Below are positions 40,269-49,675 of a stretch of 64,000 nt of DNA, piece after piece; within the stretch, counting starts at the first letter, position 1; each line of letters opens with the position of its first letter. Position numbers and translations under genes: made by a program. A model generated the notes under the pieces. It worked only from the letters and a program-made list of their open reading frames with translations. It was not told the origin of the DNA and ran no database searches. The DNA comes from Paracoccaceae bacterium (GTDB lineage: Bacteria > Pseudomonadota > Alphaproteobacteria > Rhodobacterales > Rhodobacteraceae), in contig JAYSYZ010000136.1 of the NCBI GenBank assembly GCA_043727195.1, positions 637-64,636 on the forward strand, read 5' to 3'.

Positions 40269-42657
40269 TGGCGAACACCCGCAAAAGATCGGTCGGCGCA
40301 CGGCGGGCCAGTTGCACCGAAGGGATCAGGGCTGCAACACCGGCAGCGGCAAGAGCGGCGGCGAACAGGCGCAGCCAGTCGGCCGGGAAAATCTGCATTG
40401 GCAGCCGCCAGCCAAACGCCTCAACATTCACCACGGCCAGAAGCACCCATGCAAGTGCCAGACCCAACGGCAAGGCGGCCGCTGCGGTCAGGACGGCGAG
40501 AAGCAGTGTGCGCAGGAAATCGAGCCCGGCGAGGCGGCGCTGTGTCAGGCCCATCGCCCAGACCGGGGCCAATTGCGGCAGACGGATGCCCGCAAGGGTC
40601 ATCAGGCTGGCAAACATCGCCAACCCCGCGACCCCGAGCGTGAGCGCGTTCAGCGCCGCCGTCACCGTGAAGGTGCGGTCGAAGACCTGCAGCGAAAAGG
40701 CCTTAATGCCAGCCTGATCGACAAGCGCGCCCTCGGGCAGGGCAAAGCGGGCTTGCAGGGCATCGGCCAGCGGTGCGACTTCGGATGGCGGCAGGCGCAG
40801 GGCGAAGCGCAGTGCGGTCACATCAGGAAAGCGCGTCGTGAAGGTGCCAAGTCCGATGATGGCCTGCGGCGAGGGGTTGCCATAATCGGAATAGACCCCC
40901 GCGATGGGAAGCGCCCCGCCGGGCAGGGAAACGGGATCGCCCAGGCCAAGGTCTGTACGTCGGGCCAGTTGTTCGTTGATCAGCACCGCTTTGCCGCTGG
41001 CGATGCTGTCCCATACGCCGGGGGCGGCGGCCAGCAGTGGCCAGTTGTCACGATAGGTGGCGTGGTCCGCTACGCCGTAGATGTTGCCGGGTTGGTCGAT
41101 AAGGGTGGCTTCGGTCGTGACGATGGGCAGAACCGCGTCGACCCTTGGTTGCAACCAGGCGGTGATCGTTTCGGCCTCGGACGCGGAGCGGGTGGTCAGG
41201 TAAAGCTCCGATGCGAGGCGCTGGTCTAACCAGCCGGTGAAGGTGCTACGAAAACTGGCGACCATGGTGCCGACGCCCACATTGGCGGCCAGCGCCAGCA
41301 GTAAGGCCATCAGGGCAAGCGACAATCCGGGCAGTTGCTGGCGGGTGTCGGCCCAGAACCACTGCGCCAAGACCCCGTGACTGTGGCGGCTGGCAAGGCC
41401 GGTCAGCGCGCTAAGGATCGCGGGCAGCACCAGCGCGGCGCCAAGCAGCAGCCCAGCCAGCACCGCGAATCCGGCCCAGAGGCCTGAGCCAAAGCCAAGA
41501 ATGAAAGCCGCTGTGGCTAGCAGGGTGGCGCCCGCCGCCAGTTGCCAGCGCCCGGTTCGTGCCGAAGCCAGCGCCCAGGCACGTGGCCGGGCCGGGGCCA
41601 GGACCGGCAGATGCCAGATCCGCCACAGGCTCTGCGACGCCGCCGCAAGCGTGCCGATCACAGCAATCGCCAATCCCGCCCCCCACCATCCGGGGCGGAA
41701 CGACAGGCTGCCCGGAACCGGCGCGCCATAGAGCCCGCCGAGAGTGGCCGCGACGTCAGGCAACAAGGCTGCCGCGACCCCGTATCCCATGGCCACCCCG
41801 ATGGTGCCTGCGACCAGCGACAGGATCAGGAGTTCGGCCAGCAGAAGCAGCGTCAGCGCCCGCGCCGAGAGGCCAAGCGCCCTGAGGGTTGCAAAGACCG
41901 GGCGGCGCTGCTCGAACGCCAGGCCGATGGCCGAATGCACGATGAAGACACCGACCGCAAAAGCCAGAAAGCCGAAGGCGCTCAGGTTAAGATGGAAGCT
42001 GTCGGTCAACCGCGCCAAACCGTCGTCTGCGTCAGGGGCACGCAGCGTCAGGGTGGCGGGCATCGGGCCGGGCAGGCGTTGATCGGGGCCAAGCAGCAGG
42101 GCCGTCAGCCGCCCCTCCAGCCGCAGAAGGCGCTGGGCAGTGCCGATGTCGCCCAATACCGTCATCGGTGGCAGATCATCGGCCGGGGCCAGACGCAGCC
42201 TTGGCAACAAGCCCGCAAGATCCGGCCGGGCCAGTGTGTCGGGATGAGCGAGGACCAACTTGCCCGCCAAAAAGGCCGCAAGGTCACCGGACCCGAGGCC
42301 GGGCGCGCCGGGCAGGGCAGCATCGCGTGGCAGGGTCAGCGGCTCGATCCCCAGAACCCGCAGCCGCGACGCGGGCATTGTGCCGTCGATGACGGGCGAG
42401 ACAGGCCAACCCTGCCGCCGAAGCGCGATATAGAGCGCTTGGTCGAGGGTATCGCCGGTGGCCGGGACGAGCCGGGCCAGCCGATCTTGCCCCAATGTGC
42501 CTGCGGCGCTGGCATAGGCGGCCCGCGCTTCGGTATTGATCGCCTGCACCCCGGACCAGAGCGCGGTTGCCAGAGCCAGCCCCAGAAGCAGCATCGCCAG
42601 CTGCAAAGGATGCCGCCGCCAGTGCGACAGCAGTGCGGCAAGACCAGCCCGCATCAT
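40258..42657 (-). CDS. FtsX-like ABC transporter permease (two FtsX/MacB-type modules)
   Basis: 799 aa polytopic protein; N- and C-terminal halves each carry an FtsX-type 4-TM unit. Confidence 0.88.
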   Translation of the reverse strand: MMRAGLAALLSHWRRHPLQLAMLLLGLALATALWSGVQAINTEARAAYASAAGTLGQDRLARLVPATGDTLDQALYIALRRQGWPVSPVIDGTMPASRLRVLGIEPLTLPRDAALPGAPGLGSGDLAAFLAGKLVLAHPDTLARPDLAGLLPRLRLAPADDLPPMTVLGDIGTAQRLLRLEGRLTALLLGPDQRLPGPMPATLTLRAPDADDGLARLTDSFHLNLSAFGFLAFAVGVFIVHSAIGLAFEQRRPVFATLRALGLSARALTLLLLAELLILSLVAGTIGVAMGYGVAAALLPDVAATLGGLYGAPVPGSLSFRPGWWGAGLAIAVIGTLAAASQSLWRIWHLPVLAPARPRAWALASARTGRWQLAAGATLLATAAFILGFGSGLWAGFAVLAGLLLGAALVLPAILSALTGLASRHSHGVLAQWFWADTRQQLPGLSLALMALLLALAANVGVGTMVASFRSTFTGWLDQRLASELYLTTRSASEAETITAWLQPRVDAVLPIVTTEATLIDQPGNIYGVADHATYRDNWPLLAAAPGVWDSIASGKAVLINEQLARRTDLGLGDPVSLPGGALPIAGVYSDYGNPSPQAIIGLGTFTTRFPDVTALRFALRLPPSEVAPLADALQARFALPEGALVDQAGIKAFSLQVFDRTFTVTAALNALTLGVAGLAMFASLMTLAGIRLPQLAPVWAMGLTQRRLAGLDFLRTLLLAVLTAAAALPLGLALAWVLLAVVNVEAFGWRLPMQIFPADWLRLFAAALAAAGVAALIPSVQLARRAPTDLLRVFANER

Positions 42658-43313
42658 GCTTCGATCCGCCCGGCGCGCAAATGCGCGGTCCGGTCCAGCC
42701 GCGCGGCAAGCCGGGTGGAATGCGTCACCAGCAACAGCGCGGCCCCGGACTGGGCGACAAGGCCCAGCATCAGCTCCAGCACGGCATCACCGGTGGCTTC
42801 GTCCAGATTGCCGGTCGGTTCATCCGCCAGCACCAGACGCGGCTTGGCCGCCAGTGTGCGTCCGATGGCGACACGCTGCTGTTGCCCGCCAGAAAGCTGT
42901 TCGGGGTAGCGCGACAAAAGGGCGCCCAGCCCCAGCGCCTCGGCCAACCGGGCTGTCCAGGCCGCATCCGGACGCCCGATCAGCCGTGCCTGAAACGCAA
43001 GGTTTGCGGCCACGTTCAGCGAGGGGATCAGGTTGAACTGTTGAAAGATCAGCCCAACCGTGCCCCGCCGCAGGGTCGCGCGTCCCGCATCATCCATCCC
43101 CGCAACGGCTTGTCCAGCCAGCATGATCTGTCCGCCAAAGTCGGGGTCCAACCCCGCCACCACATGCAGGAGCGTGCTCTTGCCGCTGCCGGATTCGCCG
43201 GTCAGCGCCAGGCTTTGCCCGGCATCGAGACTAAGGCTGACCCCCGCCAGAACTGGGATCAAACCTTCGCTGCTTTCGTAAGACTTGACGAGGTCGGTGA
43301 TGGTCAGAAGCAT
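42654..43313 (-). CDS. ABC transporter ATP-binding protein (MacB/LolD-like)
   Basis: 219 aa from the ATG at 43313, with Walker A GESGSGKST, signature LSGGQQQRV and Walker B VLADEPTGNLD. The rest of ORF 42654..44261 is non-genic. Confidence 0.93.
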   Translation of the reverse strand: MLLTITDLVKSYESSEGLIPVLAGVSLSLDAGQSLALTGESGSGKSTLLHVVAGLDPDFGGQIMLAGQAVAGMDDAGRATLRRGTVGLIFQQFNLIPSLNVAANLAFQARLIGRPDAAWTARLAEALGLGALLSRYPEQLSGGQQQRVAIGRTLAAKPRLVLADEPTGNLDEATGDAVLELMLGLVAQSGAALLLVTHSTRLAARLDRTAHLRAGRIEA

Positions 43314-43451
43314 CGTTGGCAGGGTGTCCCGAAAATGACTGGCGTGTGCAACATCTTTCGCGAGTGGATCGAGGGTACAAGGTCCGCAGCTTGACATACT
43401 CCTACAGCGCGCGGATTGTCCGCCACGAACGGCGTGGACAGGAAAGCGTGC

Positions 43452-44465
43452 GTGCGCAACGTCTTTATCACAGGCTCGGCTGGGTTCATCGGCTTTCACC
43501 TTGCGCGCCACCTGTTGCAGGCAGGCTTTCGCGTTCATGGCTACGACGGGATGACCGCGTATTACGATGTGGCAATGAAGCGCAAGCGCCATGCCATTCT
43601 GTTGCAGACGCCCGGCTTTTCGGCCACCGAAGCGATGCTGGAGGATATGCCGACGTTGGACCGCGTGATGGACGATTTCGCCCCCGAAATCATCATCCAT
43701 CTCGCAGCACAGGCCGGGGTTCGGTACAGTCTGGAAAACCCGCGATCCTACGTCGAAAGCAACGTCGTGGGCAGTTTCAATGTGCTGGAGGCGGCAAAGC
43801 GGCTGCGGGTTGCGCATCTGCTGATCGCCTCCACTTCTTCGGTCTACGGCGCCAGTCCGGCGATGCCGTTCCTTGAGACGGATCGCACCGATGCGCCGCT
43901 GACCGTCTATGCGGCCACCAAAAAGGCCACCGAGGCGCTGGCGCATTCTTACGCGCATCTGTGGCATTTGCCGGTAACGTTGTTCCGGTTTTTCACCGTC
44001 TACGGCACCTGGGGGCGGCCCGATCTGGCTTATTTCAAGTTCGTCGAGGCGATCCTGCAAGGCAGGCCGATCGACGTCTATAACCGGGGTGAGATGTGGC
44101 GCGATTTTACCGCCGTGGATGATCTGGTCGAGGCAGTGCGGCGGCTGATCGACGTGGTGCCGCCACGGCCTGAGGCAGGGGCGGCCCCGGTGGAGGGAGA
44201 TTCGCTCAGCGCGGTCGCGCCGTTCCGGATCGTCAATATCGGCAACTCCGACAAAGTACACCTGATGGAATTCATCGGCATCATCGAGGCGTTGGTGGGC
44301 CGCAAGGCGATCTGCAATCTTTTGCCGATGCAGCCCGGTGATGCGCCTGCCACCTGGGCTGACGCCTCGCTGTTGCGCCGCTTGACCGACTTTCAGCCCA
44401 ACACCCCCCTGCGCGACGGCCTGAAGCGGTTCGTGGATTGGTACCGCGTAGAATATTCGTGCTAG
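43452..44465 (+). CDS. NAD-dependent sugar epimerase (UDP-glucuronate 4-epimerase-like, extended SDR)
   Basis: GTG at 43452 follows AGGAAA, giving VRNVFITGSAGFIGFHL. YxxxK motif (YAATKKA). Confidence 0.88.
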   Translation: MRNVFITGSAGFIGFHLARHLLQAGFRVHGYDGMTAYYDVAMKRKRHAILLQTPGFSATEAMLEDMPTLDRVMDDFAPEIIIHLAAQAGVRYSLENPRSYVESNVVGSFNVLEAAKRLRVAHLLIASTSSVYGASPAMPFLETDRTDAPLTVYAATKKATEALAHSYAHLWHLPVTLFRFFTVYGTWGRPDLAYFKFVEAILQGRPIDVYNRGEMWRDFTAVDDLVEAVRRLIDVVPPRPEAGAAPVEGDSLSAVAPFRIVNIGNSDKVHLMEFIGIIEALVGRKAICNLLPMQPGDAPATWADASLLRRLTDFQPNTPLRDGLKRFVDWYRVEYSC

Positions 44466-44466
44466 T

Positions 44467-44501
44467 CTGGCCTTACGGCAAAAGCCGCACTGGCCCTAAG
44501 G
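44467..44501 (+). promoter_or_regulatory. Direct repeat CTGGCCTTACGG-N11-CTGGCCCTAAGG (candidate TauR operator, tpa promoter)
   Basis: Repeat starts at 44467 and 44490 (23-bp register). The same words and spacing recur upstream of xsc. Confidence 0.6.
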
Positions 44502-44559
44502 TGCAATTGCTGTTTCTTGGATGCTAAGACGTGAAACCCGGATGCGAAAGGTTATTGCC

Positions 44560-45936
44560 ATGGAAGGCTTCAGCGGAGTGAATGATATCGGCGCGGTGAT
44601 CGAGGCCGACCGGGCGCATGTCTGGCACCATCTGAGCCAGCACAAGCAATACGAGACGGTTGATCCGCGGGTGATCGTCGAAGGCAAGGGTATGCGGGTC
44701 TGGGATGCCAAGGGAAAAGAGCATCTCGATGCGGTGTCTGGCGGTGTCTGGACGGTTAACGTGGGTTACGGGCGGGAAAGCATCGCCGACGCGGTGCGCG
44801 ACCAACTGATCAAGATGAACTACTTTGCTGGTGCAGCAGGATCGATCCCCGGGTCGATCTTTGCCAAGCGGCTGATCGAAAAGATGCCTGGCCTGTCGCG
44901 GGTTTACTACTCCAACTCAGGGTCGGAGGCGAACGAGAAGGTCTACAAGATGGTGCGGCAAATGTCGCACCGTCACCACGGCGGCAAGAAGTGGAAGATC
45001 CTGTACCGGGAACGCGACTATCACGGCACCACAATTGCAGCGCTGGCATCCGGCGGGCAGGCGCAGCGGAATGCGCAGTACGGCCCGTTCCCGGAGGGGT
45101 TCGTGATGGTTCCCCACTGTCTTGAGTATCGCAAGCAGTGGGAAGTGGAAAATTACGGCGAACGGGCAGCGGACGCGATCGAAGAGGTGATCCTGCGCGA
45201 AGGTCCCGACACGATCGGCTGTCTGGTGCTGGAGCCGGTGACGGCGGGGGGCGGGGTCATCGTGCCGCCTGCGGGGTATTGGGAGCGCGTGCAGGAAATC
45301 TGCCGCAAGTACGATATCCTGCTGCATCTCGACGAAGTCGTCTGCGGGGTCGGGCGCACGGGTGTGTGGTTCGGCTATCAGCATTACGGGATCAAGCCCG
45401 ACTTTGTGACCATGGCAAAGGGGGTGGCGTCCGGTTATGCCGCGATTTCCTGCACGGTCACGACCGAGGCGGTGTTCGAGATGTTCAAGGACGATGCATC
45501 CGACCCGATGAGTTACTTCCGGGATATCTCCACTTTCGGCGGTTGCACGGCGGGGCCGGCGGCGGCGCTGGAGAACATGCGGATCATCGAGGATGAGGGG
45601 CTGCTGGACAACACTCTGGCGATGGGGGACCGGCTGATGGGGAACCTGTCGGCCCTGATGGACAAGCACCGGGTGATCGGCGAGGTGCGGGGCAAGGGGC
45701 TGTTCTGCGGGGCCGAACTGGTCGCCGACCGGGCCACACGCGAGCCGGCGGACGAGAAGAAGGTGCAGGCGGTGGTGGCCGATTGCATGCAGCAGGGGGT
45801 GATCATCGGGGCCACCAACCGGTCGGTGCCGGGGTTCAACAATACCCTGTGCCTCAGCCCGGCGCTGATCGCTTCGGCTGATGATATTGATGAGATCACC
45901 GCGGCAATTGACGGAGCCTTGGGGCGAGTGTTTTAG
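44560..45936 (+). CDS. tpa: Class-III (omega) aminotransferase, probable taurine--pyruvate aminotransferase
   Basis: Class-III aminotransferase motifs are present (LHLDEVVCGVGRTG, TMAKG). Context is tauR and xsc. The start is uncertain: ATGs at 44521, 44542 and 44560, and only the last has an SD. Confidence 0.8.
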   Translation: MEGFSGVNDIGAVIEADRAHVWHHLSQHKQYETVDPRVIVEGKGMRVWDAKGKEHLDAVSGGVWTVNVGYGRESIADAVRDQLIKMNYFAGAAGSIPGSIFAKRLIEKMPGLSRVYYSNSGSEANEKVYKMVRQMSHRHHGGKKWKILYRERDYHGTTIAALASGGQAQRNAQYGPFPEGFVMVPHCLEYRKQWEVENYGERAADAIEEVILREGPDTIGCLVLEPVTAGGGVIVPPAGYWERVQEICRKYDILLHLDEVVCGVGRTGVWFGYQHYGIKPDFVTMAKGVASGYAAISCTVTTEAVFEMFKDDASDPMSYFRDISTFGGCTAGPAAALENMRIIEDEGLLDNTLAMGDRLMGNLSALMDKHRVIGEVRGKGLFCGAELVADRATREPADEKKVQAVVADCMQQGVIIGATNRSVPGFNNTLCLSPALIASADDIDEITAAIDGALGRVF

Positions 45937-46062
45937 TGATTTCCACGCGCAGGCAGGACCATGCAACCTGGTAAGTTTTGCGCACGACCCTAGCCGCCGA
46001 AAGGCATCAAGGGCTACTAGACTTGTCTACTTCGAATCATTGCACTTTTTGGGGGTCTATTG

Positions 46063-46080
46063 GCCCGCCCAGGGGCGGGC
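46063..46080 (+). terminator. Rho-independent-type terminator downstream of tpa
   Basis: GCCCGCCC-AG-GGGCGGGC perfect inverted repeat, followed by GTTCTTTG. Confidence 0.55.
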
Positions 46081-46343
46081 GTTCTTTGCGGAAATCGTTC
46101 ACTGGACGATTTCTGATCGTTCACCTCCCCCGGTCTGACGGGCGCTTTGGGGCGTCTGCGGCAGAACTTCGGTAAGAGGAGATTGAGGCATAAAATGCCT
46201 GAACTCGGTGGTTTGCCCGCTCTGCGGTCTGGCGTTACCTTTTAGTGTCGTGAGTTTTCGGGTTTGCCCGCGCTTGACTTTGCCGCTCACCATGACCCCT
46301 TTTCTGTACTAATCGCGCTCTGCCGTCTGATCTGAAGGCCCCC

Positions 46344-47792
46344 ATGCAAATTCCGCCGGAAGCGTTCCATCTCACTTCCGCCACCTCGGGCACGTTGCAG
46401 CAGCGCATCCGGGGGATGGTCACGCAAGGCATTCTTGCAGGGCGGTTCCGGGCGGGGCAGAAGATGCCGTCGTCGCGAGCTTTGGCGGCGCATCTGGGGA
46501 TCGCACGGATTACGGTGACGCTTGCCTACGGCGATCTGGTGGCGTCGGATTACCTGACGGCGCGGGGGCGGTCGGGATATTACGTTTCGGATAACGCACC
46601 GCGGGCGGCGAAGTTTCCGGACGCGCCACCGCGCCATGACGCGGTGGATTTCGCGGGGCTGACGGGGGCGCGTTTCTCGACGCTGGCAAGGGTGGAGCGG
46701 CCGCAGGATTGGGAGGCTTATCCCTATCCGTTCATCTACGGGCAGGCAGACCCTACGCTGTTTGATCATCAGAACTGGCGACAATGTGCGTTGCGCGCAC
46801 TCGGCAAGCGGGATTTCGCGGCGCTGACGTCCGACTACTATGAGCGCGACGATCCGTTGCTGATCGAGCAGATCCTGCGCACCATTTTGCCTCGGCGCGG
46901 GATTGCGGCGCGGGAGGACGAGGTGCTGCTGACGCTGGGGGCGCAGAATGCGCTGTGGATGGCGGCGACGGTGTTGCTGGGGCCGGGGCGCCGGGCGGTG
47001 GTGGAAAATCCGGGCTATCCGGGGTGGCGGGGGATCCTGGCCACGACGGGGGCCACGGTGGTGCCAGTCGACGTGGATGATGGCGGGCTGCCGCCGGACC
47101 GGTTGCCAATGGCGGATGTGGTATTCACCACGGCCAGTCACCAGTGCCCGACGAACGCGACGATGCCGGTGGAGCGGAGGGTTGCGCTGCTGTCTGCGGC
47201 TGCGCGGGAGGGGTTCGTGATCGTGGAGGATGATTATGAGTTCGAGATGAGTTTCCTGAAACCTGTCGCTCCGGCGCTGAAGTCTTTGGATCAGGGCGGG
47301 CGGGTGATCTATGCGGGGTCGTTTTCCAAATCGATGTTTCCGGGGTTACGGCTGGGCTATCTGGTGGGGCCCGCGGCCTTCATCGCCGAGGCCCGGGGGC
47401 TGCGCGCAACGGTGCTGCGCCATCCGCCCGGGCATGTACAGCGGACGGTCGCCTATTTTCTGGCAATGGGGCATTACGATGCCCTGATCAACCGGATGCG
47501 GAGTGCCTTCCGGCGGCGGCGGCAGGTGATGGCAGAGGCAATTGATGCCGCTGGGCTGGCGGTCGCGGGGCAGGGCGGGTTTGGTGGATCATCGTTCTGG
47601 ATGCGGGCGCCCGTGGCGGTGGATACCGAAGACCTGGCGCTGCGGTTGCGGCGCGAGGGGGTGCTGATCGAGCCTGGGCGGGCGTTCTTTGCGAACGATG
47701 GGCCGCGGAACTGCTATCGTCTGGCCTATTCGTCGATCAGCCCGCAGCGGATACCGGAGGGTGTGGCACGCATTGCGACGGCATTGCTGTGA
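46344..47792 (+). CDS. tauR: MocR-subfamily GntR transcriptional regulator (HTH + aminotransferase-like domain), probable TauR
   Basis: 482 aa with a GntR HTH (MPSSRALAAHLGIARITVTLAYGDL) and a fold-type I PLP domain (SFSKSMFPGLRLGY). Located between tpa and xsc. Confidence 0.82.
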   Translation: MQIPPEAFHLTSATSGTLQQRIRGMVTQGILAGRFRAGQKMPSSRALAAHLGIARITVTLAYGDLVASDYLTARGRSGYYVSDNAPRAAKFPDAPPRHDAVDFAGLTGARFSTLARVERPQDWEAYPYPFIYGQADPTLFDHQNWRQCALRALGKRDFAALTSDYYERDDPLLIEQILRTILPRRGIAAREDEVLLTLGAQNALWMAATVLLGPGRRAVVENPGYPGWRGILATTGATVVPVDVDDGGLPPDRLPMADVVFTTASHQCPTNATMPVERRVALLSAAAREGFVIVEDDYEFEMSFLKPVAPALKSLDQGGRVIYAGSFSKSMFPGLRLGYLVGPAAFIAEARGLRATVLRHPPGHVQRTVAYFLAMGHYDALINRMRSAFRRRRQVMAEAIDAAGLAVAGQGGFGGSSFWMRAPVAVDTEDLALRLRREGVLIEPGRAFFANDGPRNCYRLAYSSISPQRIPEGVARIATALL

Positions 47793-47793
47793 T

Positions 47794-47828
47794 CTGGACT
47801 TAGCTTGGCGTGGGTTCTGGCCCTAAGG
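47794..47828 (+). promoter_or_regulatory. Direct repeat CTGGACTTAGCT-N11-CTGGCCCTAAGG (candidate TauR operator, xsc promoter)
   Basis: Repeat starts at 47794 and 47817 (23-bp register). The second word is identical to the one at 44490-44501. Confidence 0.6.
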
Positions 47829-47888
47829 GGTCGGCGACGGCCCCGATAAATTGCTTAGAAACTGACTTTTTGGATTGGGAGACGCGCC

Positions 47889-49667
47889 ATGAGGATGACT
47901 ACCGAGGAAGCTTTTGTGAAAGTGCTGCAGATGCACGGGATCAACCAAGCGTTCGGGATCATCGGATCGGCCTTCATGCCGATTTCCGACCTGTTTCCGA
48001 AGGCGGGGATCAGCTTTTGGGACTGCGCGCATGAAGGGTCGGGCGGGATGATGGCGGATGGCTATACCCGCGCGACCGGTCGGATGAGCATGATGATCGC
48101 GCAGAACGGGCCAGGGATCACGAATTTCGTGACGCCGGTCAAGACGGCCTACTGGAACCATACGCCGCTGCTGCTGGTAACACCGCAGGCGGCGAACAAG
48201 ACCATCGGGATGGGCGGCTTTCAGGAAGTGGAACAGATGGCGCTGTTCGCCGACATGGTGGCCTATCAGGAGGAGGTGCGCGATCCTTCCCGCATGGCCG
48301 AGGTACTGAACCGGGTGATCCTGAATGCCAAGCGGATGAGCGCGCCTGCCCAGATCAACGTGCCCCGCGATTACTGGACGCAGGTGATCGACATCGATCT
48401 GCCAGAAGTCGTGGCGTTCGAACGGCCCTGCGGGGGGGACACTGCCATTCAGGCAGCGGCCGAATTGCTGAGCCAGGCAAAATTTCCCGTGATATTGAAC
48501 GGTGCGGGCGTGGTGATCGGCGGTGCGATCCCGGCGTCGATGCGGCTGGCAGAGCGGCTGGATGCGCCGGTCTGTGTCGGATATCAGCACAATGACGCGT
48601 TCCCGGGCAGCCATCCGTTGTTCGCGGGGCCTTTGGGATACAATGGATCAAAAGCCGCAATGGAGTTGATTTCGGGGGCGGATGTGGTATTATGTCTGGG
48701 TACCCGACTGAACCCGTTTTCAACGCTTCCGGGCTACGCGCTGGACTACTGGCCAAGAGAGGCCAAGATCATCCAAGTCGACATCAACCCGGATCGGATC
48801 GGGCTGACCAAAAAGGTTACTGTTGGCATTGTCGGCGACTCCAAAAAGGTCGCCGAGGCGGTTTTGGCGCGGCTGGCCTCTACCGCCGGTGACCATGCGC
48901 GAGCCGAGCGCAAGGCAAAAATCGCTCAGGTGAAATCCGCATGGGCTCAGGCCTTGTCGTCGATGGACCATGAGGAAGATGATCCGGGCACGACGTGGAA
49001 TCAGCGCGCCCGCGCTGACAAGCCGGACTGGATGAGCCCGCGCATGGCGTGGCGGGCAATCCAGTCGGCCTTGCCGCGTGAGGCGATCATTTCCAGCGAT
49101 ATCGGCAACAACTGCGCGATCGGCAACGCCTATCCGACGTTCGAGGCGGGGCGGAAGTATCTGGCGCCGGGGCTGTTCGGACCGTGCGGCTATGGTCTGC
49201 CTTCGATCATCGGGGCCAAGATCGGCTGCCCGGATGTGCCGGTGGTGGGCTTTGCAGGCGATGGGGCGTTCGGGATTGCGGTGACGGAGCTGACGGCGAT
49301 CGGCCGCCCGGAATGGCCCGCGATCACCATGGTCGTCTTCCGCAACTACCAGTGGGGCGCGGAAAAGCGCAATTCAACGCTTTGGTATGACGACAATTTC
49401 GTCGGCACCGAACTGGATGAGGGTGTGAGTTACGCCGCGATTGCCAAGGCCTGCGGTCTGCAAGGGGTGCAGGCGCGGACGATGGATGAATTGCGCGATG
49501 CGCTGGCCAAGGCTGTGGTTGACCAGATGGAGCACGGCAAGACGACGCTGATCGAGGCGATGATCAATCAAGAACTGGGAGAGCCGTTCCGCCGCGATGC
49601 GATGAAGAAACCGGTCGAGGTGGCGGGGATATCGATGGCGGATATGCGGCTGCAGGTCGTCGGGTGA
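47889..49667 (+). CDS. xsc: Sulfoacetaldehyde acetyltransferase (ThDP-dependent)
   Basis: 592 aa ThDP enzyme with an Xsc-like N-terminus (MTTEEAFVKVLQMHGINQAFGIIGSAFMPISDLF) and the GDGAF motif. Taurine gene context. Confidence 0.9.
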   Translation: MRMTTEEAFVKVLQMHGINQAFGIIGSAFMPISDLFPKAGISFWDCAHEGSGGMMADGYTRATGRMSMMIAQNGPGITNFVTPVKTAYWNHTPLLLVTPQAANKTIGMGGFQEVEQMALFADMVAYQEEVRDPSRMAEVLNRVILNAKRMSAPAQINVPRDYWTQVIDIDLPEVVAFERPCGGDTAIQAAAELLSQAKFPVILNGAGVVIGGAIPASMRLAERLDAPVCVGYQHNDAFPGSHPLFAGPLGYNGSKAAMELISGADVVLCLGTRLNPFSTLPGYALDYWPREAKIIQVDINPDRIGLTKKVTVGIVGDSKKVAEAVLARLASTAGDHARAERKAKIAQVKSAWAQALSSMDHEEDDPGTTWNQRARADKPDWMSPRMAWRAIQSALPREAIISSDIGNNCAIGNAYPTFEAGRKYLAPGLFGPCGYGLPSIIGAKIGCPDVPVVGFAGDGAFGIAVTELTAIGRPEWPAITMVVFRNYQWGAEKRNSTLWYDDNFVGTELDEGVSYAAIAKACGLQGVQARTMDELRDALAKAVVDQMEHGKTTLIEAMINQELGEPFRRDAMKKPVEVAGISMADMRLQVVG

Positions 49668-49675
49668 GGCGCGGG

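Noticed and set aside
42654-44261. 535-aa ORF suggesting a large fusion protein upstream of the ABC ATPase
   Set aside because: Only the last 219 aa, from the ATG at 43313, form a complete ABC ATPase. The upstream 316 codons overlap the well-supported epimerase gene on the opposite strand and have no motifs.
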